From Anaerolineae bacterium (lineage in GTDB: Bacteria; Chloroflexota; Anaerolineae; Aggregatilineales; J027), in NCBI GenBank assembly GCA_034437655.1, contig DAOTTU010000044.1:265584-329583 (forward strand): DNA of 64,000 bases, read 5' to 3'. The position numbers and the translations under genes were made by a program. Shown here piece by piece: positions 9,279 to 17,843 of the stretch. The notes under the pieces are model-generated. The model was not told the origin of the DNA, made no database searches, and saw nothing but the letters and a program-made list of their open reading frames with translations. Within the stretch, counting starts at the first letter, position 1. Each line of letters begins with the position of its first letter.

Positions 9279-9427
9279 AGGTTAAGCCTCTTTTCCAAAT
9301 CGGCTACTCTCCGCAGGGGGGCTTAGTACAGACGCTAATTGTATACGAATTAGGAACTGAGGACAAATGAATATGCCAGCGAAACTGAATCCCGTCTCAC
9401 GCCAACGCTTTATCTCGCCTCGTTGGC

Positions 9428-11950
9428 CTATTGTGGTGGGTGATTGCGCCGCAGTTTACGGCGTATAAAAACACCCCGTGCAACCCGCCATGCCGACCGC
9501 GCTACACCAGCAGTTTGGTTTTGTGCTGGTTCTGGCAAGGGTGGCCCGAAACGATCCTGCGTATACAAATCTGTGATTGTATTAATGGACTCCTGGCCTT
9601 CGGGGACTGCTTCAACCAGAACACCACGCCGTTCATGCGGGGTTTGCTTGTCCGATAATGAAATGCCTAACCACCGCCCATAAATTGCCAGACGTGCATA
9701 GGCTTTCTGGACCGGATTCAAGCCACCGAGCCCACGATGTTCTACCCACCAGATTGCAAAGAGTACCCCCAAAATTCCGAGTGTGATAATGACAATAATC
9801 GCCAACAGAATCATCAGCAGTGTTTCAAAGAGTCCACCACCTTCATTGTCGTCAACAGAGACCACCATCGGTGCCGGGTTCAACGTTGGCGTGGGGGAAG
9901 GCATCATCGTTTGGGTAGGGCCAAACTCGGGCGTGCTGGTAATCGCCGGGGCAAGCTGGCTGGGGTCCGGGCTTGGTGTCGGTGTAACGGTAGGCGTCAG
10001 GGTTGGTTGTGGCGTGGCGACCGGGTTGGTGGCGTCCTGGGTTGGGTTTGTGGGCGGCGTCGGTGATGGTGTTGGTTCTGGTGTTTCCAGGTCAAAGTCA
10101 TCGAATTGTGGATCACCGGGGCGGTCGACGGGTGACTCGTCCGCAGTCGGCTCAAAATTCACCCACCCATATCCGGGGAAGAAGACTTCAACCCACGTGT
10201 GAGCATCATTCTCTTTGACCAGATACTGGCTCCCGCCTTGAAATTCCCCTTCCGCAAATCCAGACGCCATCCGTGCAGGGATCCCCTGTGCGCGTAACAT
10301 CATTACCATCGTGGTTGCATAGTAGGTGCAATATCCGCGTTGGATGTCAAACAAGAAGTAGTCGATAGGGTCTTGCCCGAAGCCGGGAGCAGGAATGGTT
10401 TCATCATAGTCGATGGTGCGCAGATAACTTTCAAGAGCTTTGGCGGTGTCGTAAGGATTGTTGACACCTGTGCTGGTGATCACACTTTCTGCAATTGCAC
10501 GGGCTCTGTCAGAGAGGAAATTGCTGCCTTGCAGGTAGCTGTCGGTGACCCAGGTCGGGTAATTGGTGCCAGCAGTGCGCAATTGCTCGGCGGTTGCAAT
10601 GCTGATTGATGACACTGCCGTATACGCATCGCCATTACGGAGTGGGGTGCGGCTGCGGATAATCGCAAGATCAACCTGTTGCCCTTGATTGACGCAGTTG
10701 GTGGTGTTGGCATCAATGCAGTTGAGTTCAGCCTGTACAACAATATCCTCAATTTCACGAGGTTCAGCGGCGGCATGTACTAAAGACGTTGCCCGCATGA
10801 GTACTTCGAATTGTTGCGTGATGTTCTGGCGGGCTGTGTAGTCGCCCGGGTTAAAGCGCATTCCCTCGTCATTCTTTGAGGCTTGCAAACGGCGCTGGTG
10901 TTCCCATCCTCGGCCGTCATAGGTGTCGAAGGCTGTACTGCGCCAGTAGAGCCGGGTGCCGGCCGGGTTAACGCCCGCCACACTGATCTGCATAACAGGG
11001 TCGTCGCTAAGCTGCACAGCGCCGGTAAGGTCGAGGCGGTCGCCACCATAATAGTCTGCGGTGGCCAGACCACGCCCGTCGAGGTCTGCAAAAAGCCGAC
11101 TCCAAAGATCAGTAATTGCCGCGATGGGGTCACTACCTAGAAACTCCTCAAACTGTTCCCAGTCATCTTCACCGTCGCTTACGGGAAGGGCCTGTGTAAT
11201 CAGTAGCACGGTGATGGCGATAATTGTGCCCATATAGATAAAGCTGCGGTGAATTCGCTTGGAATAGCGGAGGCGCTGGTACCGCCATTCATATTCACGT
11301 GTACGTGTATAGTTGTGAACAACAAGCAGCAGAGCAAAAAATAGGAACCCCAGCATATAAATCTCCAGGTTGTCGTCACCAACATAAGCCAGATTGACGA
11401 TGACCAGCAAAAAACCGGGTGGAATAATCGCTCGCCACACACGGTCCAAGCGAATGACATGCCAGATGATGTTGTGGGCCAGCACCCAGAACAAAATCGA
11501 CAACGCCATTGCAAAGACAAGATTTTCACTGCCGGGTTGGCCAACTTGTAGGTCTTCGCTCCATAGGCGAACACGTTGGGTCATCTCGGTCAAGCGCTCT
11601 GCTGGCGACAAGTCACCCGGTAACGCGATGAGATGGATTGTGATGACACTTGCAAAGCCATAGAGCAACGCCAACACCAGAGCATACCCCTCACTGAAAC
11701 CACTCCGCGCCAGCAGATGGCTAACCAGCAAAGCAATCGCTGAAATGGGGAGCAAGATCAACAGGCCATCGGTCCACCCGGCAGTATTAAGCGCAAGAAT
11801 CGGGAACACGAGCATTCCGAAAGCAATCCCGAGTGCTTCAAAATCACCCCGGCGAAAGGTCTGACGATAGAGGGTCATAAGCCAGGTACGAAACCCTCGC
11901 CATAAGCGGGTTGGTAGCGGTTGTGGCTGTTGGCGTGTTTGCGTTGACAT
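9428..11950 (-). CDS. TgpA-like transglutaminase-domain membrane protein (N-terminal polytopic domain, TGase core, P/T linker, TM, DUF4129-like tail)
   Basis: 840 aa. The Cys-His-Asp core context reads RGYCTYYATTMVMMLRAQGIPARMASGF...NDAHTWVEVFFPGYGWVNFEPT. A P/T-rich linker precedes the last TM helix. Confidence 0.8.
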   Translation of the reverse strand: MSTQTRQQPQPLPTRLWRGFRTWLMTLYRQTFRRGDFEALGIAFGMLVFPILALNTAGWTDGLLILLPISAIALLVSHLLARSGFSEGYALVLALLYGFASVITIHLIALPGDLSPAERLTEMTQRVRLWSEDLQVGQPGSENLVFAMALSILFWVLAHNIIWHVIRLDRVWRAIIPPGFLLVIVNLAYVGDDNLEIYMLGFLFFALLLVVHNYTRTREYEWRYQRLRYSKRIHRSFIYMGTIIAITVLLITQALPVSDGEDDWEQFEEFLGSDPIAAITDLWSRLFADLDGRGLATADYYGGDRLDLTGAVQLSDDPVMQISVAGVNPAGTRLYWRSTAFDTYDGRGWEHQRRLQASKNDEGMRFNPGDYTARQNITQQFEVLMRATSLVHAAAEPREIEDIVVQAELNCIDANTTNCVNQGQQVDLAIIRSRTPLRNGDAYTAVSSISIATAEQLRTAGTNYPTWVTDSYLQGSNFLSDRARAIAESVITSTGVNNPYDTAKALESYLRTIDYDETIPAPGFGQDPIDYFLFDIQRGYCTYYATTMVMMLRAQGIPARMASGFAEGEFQGGSQYLVKENDAHTWVEVFFPGYGWVNFEPTADESPVDRPGDPQFDDFDLETPEPTPSPTPPTNPTQDATNPVATPQPTLTPTVTPTPSPDPSQLAPAITSTPEFGPTQTMMPSPTPTLNPAPMVVSVDDNEGGGLFETLLMILLAIIVIITLGILGVLFAIWWVEHRGLGGLNPVQKAYARLAIYGRWLGISLSDKQTPHERRGVLVEAVPEGQESINTITDLYTQDRFGPPLPEPAQNQTAGVARSAWRVARGVFIRRKLRRNHPPQ

Positions 11951-11959
11951 GAAAGATTA

Positions 11960-13300
11960 TTAGCCCCAGACTCGGTATTCAGAAAGTTGATCACGCTGGA
12001 AGCGCAAGAGGTTCAACGCCAGGTCTAGAAACGGTGCCTGGGTCATCAGCACATCATCGCCAACGCTTGCTTTGCAAATGCTGCGTTCAGCACCCTGCCA
12101 GCATTGCGTATCGTCTGCATACTGCTCACCTGCGACATTTAACCACACACTGATAAACTCGCCATATCTCAGATTAAAGTCGGCAAAGTCTGCGGTCGTG
12201 TCCCAACTGATGCGCCAGACCATGATGCTATTGCGCTGATTGTCGGTGTAGAGCATAAAACGATCCCCACCCCAACCGCTTGCTAAAGGTGCTACGATGT
12301 CCGTTTCAAAGACAAGTCCCAGATGTTGTCGCAAATAGAATTCGCCAAGTGTTTGTTCATGGCTGAGCGCCCATTCATCTGGATCAACGTCCGTTTGAGT
12401 TGTCCAGAAGTCATCCAGCGGTGCGATGTTAACCTCGTGCGGCGCTTCGTAAAGCAAGTACAACGTTGGATGCAAAATCTGTTCAGTGCTGAGCGGTAAG
12501 CGTTCATAGAGCAGATCAACTAGCCGCCAACTGCTAGTCTCATCATACAGCGCCCGCACGAAGTCAAAGCCTGTTTCAGTTGCAAAGCGATTTTCAGCAT
12601 TTAAGATGGTCGGCGTGTCTTCAGGGAGTGTTTCAGGGCGGTTATTGGATTCACGAATGACAGTTTCAAGCGTAATCTGCCCGGATTCGATCAATTCAGC
12701 AATATAGAATTGTAACGTCAAACGGGCGTCACCATGGATCACGGCATTGATGGCAAGCGCCTGATCGATGTTGTTTGCGCTAATAGCCGCATCACGCGCA
12801 GCATAGATGTCATGGGAACGGTCCTGACGTAGTTGCGTGTACCCATAGATATAAGGCAACGAATCCAGTGCAGAAAGTGGCGTGTCATTATTTGAACGCA
12901 CGTTCATACTCTGGCTTTGCGCATCGTAGTGGCTACGTGGTTCTACAGTCGTATTTTGCACATTGGCGTAGAGGTCAAAGTCGGCTGGCATAAAACCAAA
13001 TGCATCATAGAACAGCAGATCACGTGCAGCTATCGTTGGTGTGTAAGCCGTTTGTTGTCGTTCAGCGGCTAGCAGGGTTAGTTCCTGCGTAGTATAGAGC
13101 GTGCGGTCAATGGGAACAGGCCCTTCAAAGCCACGAATCGCATTGACTCGTGCTTCAGCCTGTTCGAGCCCTGCCAACAGCACCGGGCCGATGCCGGGTG
13201 GTGGGGTTCCGGGCTCTTGCGCAGTCACGGGCCGACCCAGCCCAGAAAGTAGCAGGACACCACACAAACACCCTAACGCCAACGCCGTTGCGATACGCAT
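11960..13300 (-). CDS. Secreted protein of unknown function (signal peptide)
   Basis: 446 aa. The N-terminus MRIATALALGCLCGVLLLSGLGRPVTAQE looks like a signal peptide. The stop lies 9 nt before the transglutaminase start. Confidence 0.6.
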   Translation of the reverse strand: MRIATALALGCLCGVLLLSGLGRPVTAQEPGTPPPGIGPVLLAGLEQAEARVNAIRGFEGPVPIDRTLYTTQELTLLAAERQQTAYTPTIAARDLLFYDAFGFMPADFDLYANVQNTTVEPRSHYDAQSQSMNVRSNNDTPLSALDSLPYIYGYTQLRQDRSHDIYAARDAAISANNIDQALAINAVIHGDARLTLQFYIAELIESGQITLETVIRESNNRPETLPEDTPTILNAENRFATETGFDFVRALYDETSSWRLVDLLYERLPLSTEQILHPTLYLLYEAPHEVNIAPLDDFWTTQTDVDPDEWALSHEQTLGEFYLRQHLGLVFETDIVAPLASGWGGDRFMLYTDNQRNSIMVWRISWDTTADFADFNLRYGEFISVWLNVAGEQYADDTQCWQGAERSICKASVGDDVLMTQAPFLDLALNLLRFQRDQLSEYRVWG

Positions 13301-13488
13301 TCTTTTCTGACCTTTCTTCGCTATTGTTGTAGGCTAGCAGGCTTTTGCCAAGCATGCTCAATGATAATACGACGCCATCCCTACGCATCAAGGGTTAACC
13401 ATGCATTTATCGAAAACCATTATGATTAAAATCAAGTGCATGACATAACATTGACGAAACAAAACCCGAACTGGAGTAAACCCTACCT

Positions 13489-14418
13489 ATGAAATTTCCG
13501 GACTTCTATGCGCCCAGCAAAGTCGGAACGCTCTATGTACCACGTGTACAAGAAGCAGTCTCTGCCGGGCTAAGTAGCGATATTCCCCATGCCGTTGAAG
13601 ACAAACAGCGCACGCTCTTGCTCCTGGTAGACATGCAAGTTGACTTTATCCACACAGATGGAGCCTTGAGTGTTCCGGGGGCCGTTGACGATACACGGCG
13701 CACCATTGAATGGATGTTCACAAACATCACGCACATTACAACCATCGCCGCATCGTTGGATAGCCATTTGCCAGTGCAAATTTTTTACGGCGCCTGGTGG
13801 GTAGATTCACACGGAAACAACCCGCAGCCTTACACCGAAATCACGGCTGAAGATGTCGAATCTGGTCGCTGGCAGCCGCTCTTTGACCCGGCATGGTCAC
13901 ACGAATACGTCCAGCGTCTACAATCTCAAGCCAAGAAAAACCTGATGATCTGGCCCTATCATACGATGATCGGCACACCCGGTCACAACCTGACGCCAGC
14001 GCTCTATGAAGCAGTTGCTTATCATGCTGCCGCTCGCCAGACTGAGCCCATCTTCCTCTCTAAGGGCTCTATCCCCAAGACAGAGCATTATTCAATGCTG
14101 GAACCCGAAGTCAAAGTTCCCGACCAACCACAAGGGACGCTTAACACCGACTTTCTGGACATGATCGCTGGATATGACGAGGTATACATCGTCGGACAGG
14201 CGAAAAGCCATTGTGTGCTGGAAACGGTGCAGTCTATGATGACCTACTTTAGCGACAGCAAAGAAATCATCGGCAAAATGCACGTGTTGTTCGATGCGAT
14301 GTCCTCCGTCGCGCACCCTGAAATTGACTTTGAAGGCATTGCGAACGAGGCCTTCGACCGTTTTGCCAGGCAGGGGCTTTCTATCATGACAACGGACACC
14401 ACTTCCCTCGCTGAGTAA
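13489..14418 (+). CDS. Isochorismatase-family cysteine hydrolase, probable long-form nicotinamidase
   Basis: 309 aa. Motifs are LLLLVDMQVDF (Asp), LSKGS (Lys) and VGQAKSHCVLETV (Cys). The gene is convergent with pncB. Confidence 0.6.
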   Translation: MKFPDFYAPSKVGTLYVPRVQEAVSAGLSSDIPHAVEDKQRTLLLLVDMQVDFIHTDGALSVPGAVDDTRRTIEWMFTNITHITTIAASLDSHLPVQIFYGAWWVDSHGNNPQPYTEITAEDVESGRWQPLFDPAWSHEYVQRLQSQAKKNLMIWPYHTMIGTPGHNLTPALYEAVAYHAAARQTEPIFLSKGSIPKTEHYSMLEPEVKVPDQPQGTLNTDFLDMIAGYDEVYIVGQAKSHCVLETVQSMMTYFSDSKEIIGKMHVLFDAMSSVAHPEIDFEGIANEAFDRFARQGLSIMTTDTTSLAE

Positions 14419-14426
14419 TTGACTAT

Positions 14427-15758
14427 TTAGCCCAGAATCGGCTTGAGGTCGGGGTTGTCACAGGCACGGCGGCCGACCTTAGCCATATCAATCCAGTTGC
14501 CATGCTGTTTGATGCGAACCACATCCATCGTGAAGTCGGTGGTGGTGCCGCTGTCATTGCTAAAAAACTTTGAACCAACGCCATAAACGTCCACTGGCAC
14601 CTTGAGCTGCTCGAACAACTTAATCTTCTCCACTGAAAAACCACCTGTCGCTACGATCGCAATATCACGACAGTAATCAGCCGCAGCTTGATGTCCTTCT
14701 GTGGGAACATTCCACTGGTGCCAGGCATTGTCGAGGGCATCGCGCACTGTTTGCACCAAACGTGGAGTGACGCCCATATCAAGCGACCTGTCACCCAACG
14801 CTGGCACAGACACGTCCCGCATGGAACTAGCCGTGTCGAGGCGAACGCCGGTGAGCTTGAATTTTTGCGCGGCTGCGTCGTCACCATTGGCAAGGTGCGA
14901 CTGATAACGCTCAAACATCGCCTGCGCGACGGCCACTGACGTACCTACGCAATCATTATGAAAATCTACCAGTGCGATGCGTGGTACTTCCGGTGGCAAA
15001 ATATCAGCAAATTGCAACATTGAAGCCGGGGTGTCGCCCTGGAAAGTCGCGACAAATGCATGTGGCACTGTGCCGCCACCACTGCCAGACCACCACGCGC
15101 CCTGTGCATCCGTGCTGATTGCTGCTGAAACTTGCGTGCCGTGGTCATGGTTATAGCGCTGCACCCCGAGGTGATAGGCATAGCCATCTGCCGCCTGAGT
15201 TTGATGCAGGTCATACCGCGCCGGGAAAAACAGCACCCGTTTACCATTTGCCGCTGCCATGAGGTTGTACGTGTTCGTTGCAATGCGGCTGATACGTGTC
15301 AGTATTCCTAATGTCGGAGTTTCCAGCACGCCGAAATGTCGATACTTGCCGCGCACTTTCAACACAGGCTGCACCTTGAGCGGGTCGCCACCATACGACG
15401 TAAAGACGCCATCTTCGACCGCCTGCACTTCGAGCTGGTCAAAGGTGTTGGTGAAATTGCCATCAGCGTCGTATTCGCCCGTGCATTCACGCAAAATGGC
15501 AAGCGCAGCGTCCACCCCGCCAATCAGGGCACGCGGGCGGCGGCGTGTGAACCATTGCGCTTCAACTTCAATATCGCCAATGGCAACGCCCTGATGCGTA
15601 TAGTTGCGTTCGTGAAGGGTGTTCAGGATTTGGCGGACATTTTCAAAGTATTGGTCGGTGTAGTAGCCACGTCGCAAGCCCTCAACATCCAGTTGAAAAA
15701 TCGCAGCTGGCAAGCGTTGGCCGTCAAAAATGCTCATGAAATCGATGATTCCTTTCAA
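14427..15758 (-). CDS. pncB: Nicotinate phosphoribosyltransferase
   Basis: 443 aa. The N-terminus reads FDGQRLPAAIFQLDVEGLRRGYYTDQYF, typical of NAPRTase-subfamily proteins. The true start may be the internal Met (MSIFDG). Confidence 0.7.
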   Translation of the reverse strand: MKGIIDFMSIFDGQRLPAAIFQLDVEGLRRGYYTDQYFENVRQILNTLHERNYTHQGVAIGDIEVEAQWFTRRRPRALIGGVDAALAILRECTGEYDADGNFTNTFDQLEVQAVEDGVFTSYGGDPLKVQPVLKVRGKYRHFGVLETPTLGILTRISRIATNTYNLMAAANGKRVLFFPARYDLHQTQAADGYAYHLGVQRYNHDHGTQVSAAISTDAQGAWWSGSGGGTVPHAFVATFQGDTPASMLQFADILPPEVPRIALVDFHNDCVGTSVAVAQAMFERYQSHLANGDDAAAQKFKLTGVRLDTASSMRDVSVPALGDRSLDMGVTPRLVQTVRDALDNAWHQWNVPTEGHQAAADYCRDIAIVATGGFSVEKIKLFEQLKVPVDVYGVGSKFFSNDSGTTTDFTMDVVRIKQHGNWIDMAKVGRRACDNPDLKPILG

Positions 15759-15765
15759 GAAATGG

Positions 15766-16512
15766 CTAAACGTACAGCAATGACGAGTTCTCGTTGAGCC
15801 ATTGCCGCCAGTACTGATAATCCGGGAACATGCGCTCGACCAACTGCCAGAAGCGTGTCGAATGGTTCATTTGTCGTAAGTGAGCAAGTTCATGCAAGAT
15901 GAGATAGTCAATTGCAAGCGGTGGTGCCATCATCAGGCGTAGGTTAAAGTTCAAATTGCCAGATGCCGAGCAACTCCCCCAGCGTGTTTTCTGGGCGCGG
16001 ATGGTAATTCTTCCGTACTCAAACCCATGTTGCTGTGCAAGTTCACGAACACGGGCAGCCATATATTGTTTGGCTTCGCGCCGCAACCATTTTTCCAGTG
16101 CGTTACGGGTTACGGTTGGTTGTTCGTCGGGTGTAAGTCCTTGTGGCAACTTGACGATGAGTTTGTCGCCGTCACGTTTAACGCTGCTTTGAGACTTATT
16201 CGCACCGGGCCGCACATCAAGCACGTAATCTTGCCCCAGAAATGGGAATTTTTCGCCAGACTGGTATTTGCGCGGCGGCGGGAGCTTCTCCATACGTTTG
16301 AGGTGCTTGATAATCCACCTGGCACGGCTGTGGATAATTTCCTCGTGGTCTTCCAACACATAGCCAGTGGGAATCACGATTTCAATACCTTCAGCGAAAT
16401 GCATCGTGAGCTTGACGTACTTGACACGATTACTTTCACGTATGCGATAGTGAATGGTGCGGTCGCCAAGTTGCGTTTCATAGATCGGTTGTGGTTGCAT
16501 CGGTACTGACAA
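15766..16512 (-). CDS. DUF45/YgjP-like (M48/SprT-like) zinc metallohydrolase
   Basis: 248 aa. An HExxH motif sits in LILHELAHLRQMNHSTRFW. Confidence 0.7.
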   Translation of the reverse strand: MSVPMQPQPIYETQLGDRTIHYRIRESNRVKYVKLTMHFAEGIEIVIPTGYVLEDHEEIIHSRARWIIKHLKRMEKLPPPRKYQSGEKFPFLGQDYVLDVRPGANKSQSSVKRDGDKLIVKLPQGLTPDEQPTVTRNALEKWLRREAKQYMAARVRELAQQHGFEYGRITIRAQKTRWGSCSASGNLNFNLRLMMAPPLAIDYLILHELAHLRQMNHSTRFWQLVERMFPDYQYWRQWLNENSSLLYV

Positions 16513-16535
16513 TTCTACAATCTATCTATTCGGAA

Positions 16536-17756
16536 TCAGAATCCAGGCCGGCGAGGCGGCGTGGGGTTGAAGACCTGCCACATAATGATCAGAATGCCAC
16601 CGATTACCCCAAGCCCAACAATAACTACTCCAACAGCCAGCGCGACAACACCGCCACTCAATGCATCATCGTCCTCATCTGGTGCTGTTGCCGCGAGGAG
16701 TATGCTGTCGCTTGTCACCGGTGGCTGGTCAGCGGCAGCGATGACAGTGGGTGCAATGGGTCGTGTGGCTGTCGTCGTTGGTGTGGGCGAGAGTGCAATC
16801 GTTGTAACTGTGCGGGTTGGTGTTGGGGGGATGGGGGTTGAAGTCGGCGCGGCGCGCCCGGCTTGCACAACGATTTCTTGCCCGCTGAAAATAGTATCGG
16901 TGTTGATAAGGTCGTTCAGTTCGCGCAGGGTGTTGAGCGGGACATCGTACGCCCGAGAGATAGCCCATAGGCTCTGTCCGGGCTGCACAATATGCACCAG
17001 CGCACCATCTGCACGTGTAACGGGGTCTGCAAGCACGGGAACTGCTGTTGCGGCTGGTGGCACATTATCACCGGGGCTATCGTTGGGTGGTGGGTTATTG
17101 TTGCCGGGTGGGGTGACTAACGTTAGCGCTGCATCGTCCCAGAACACATCTTGAAAGCGCATTCCCTGACTAGAGGTAAAGTAGGTGAACACTGTCATGC
17201 GGTTGCTGGTGGCCGTTGCATTCACGCTCAGGTATTCAAAGCTGCCCCAGTTGAACGGCGCACGAAAGCCACTCCATTGCACAGTGCCCGCAAAGGGGCT
17301 TGTCCCGCCCGCCGGGTCAATGCCGACACGCACCCGCCCACCAGATTCAGTGTCGCTGTAGGTCGAGTTTTCGGTGCGGCAGGCAAACTCAGCGTCGTCA
17401 CAGGTCCAGATGAGCGCAAAAATCCCAAATTGATAGGTTGCACCCGGCTGCACATCGACCGTCTGGTACCCACCCGCTGTAAATGAGGCGTAGTCACGGC
17501 GCAACCGCCACGAGTAAGGCGCTGAGCGGGTCAAGGCTCCCAGGCTTTCTTTGTCACTGTCGTCCGCATTGCCCCACAGCCCCCAACCAGACGGCACAGC
17601 CCCAACCCCCACTGGTGTCATCGCACCGTCAAAGCCGGGATTGGTGAGCAGGTTCGCACCCTGCGCTTGCACCACGTTGGGCGATGGCAATGGTGCCAGC
17701 GCAACTGCAAATGCACTCAGCGTCAACAAGATTATGATCGTACGAGGGGTGGTCAT
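16536..17756 (-). CDS. Secreted LysM-domain protein with a C-terminal TM anchor
   Basis: The ORF track start (GTG at 17777) lies inside the rpoB terminator U-tract. The ATG at 17756 gives the signal peptide MTTPRTIIILLTLSAFAVALAP. The LysM domain reads HIVQPGQSLWAISRAYDVPLNTLRELNDL. The C-terminus has a hydrophobic helix followed by RR. Confidence 0.7.
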   Translation of the reverse strand: MTTPRTIIILLTLSAFAVALAPLPSPNVVQAQGANLLTNPGFDGAMTPVGVGAVPSGWGLWGNADDSDKESLGALTRSAPYSWRLRRDYASFTAGGYQTVDVQPGATYQFGIFALIWTCDDAEFACRTENSTYSDTESGGRVRVGIDPAGGTSPFAGTVQWSGFRAPFNWGSFEYLSVNATATSNRMTVFTYFTSSQGMRFQDVFWDDAALTLVTPPGNNNPPPNDSPGDNVPPAATAVPVLADPVTRADGALVHIVQPGQSLWAISRAYDVPLNTLRELNDLINTDTIFSGQEIVVQAGRAAPTSTPIPPTPTRTVTTIALSPTPTTTATRPIAPTVIAAADQPPVTSDSILLAATAPDEDDDALSGGVVALAVGVVIVGLGVIGGILIIMWQVFNPTPPRRPGF

Positions 17757-17770
17757 CGTTTCAGCCCTAT

Positions 17771-17809
17771 CAAACACAAAGCGTGATCTACATTATTATA
17801 GACCACGCT
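17771..17809 (-). terminator. Intrinsic terminator directly after rpoB
   Basis: The minus-strand RNA reads AGCGUGGUCUA-UAAUAAUG-UAGAUCACGCU, an 11-bp stem with one G-U pair. It is followed by UUGUGUUUG. Confidence 0.65.
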
Positions 17810-17843
17810 CTGCGGCTTATCGTTCCCCGAAAGTTTTGGGCGA

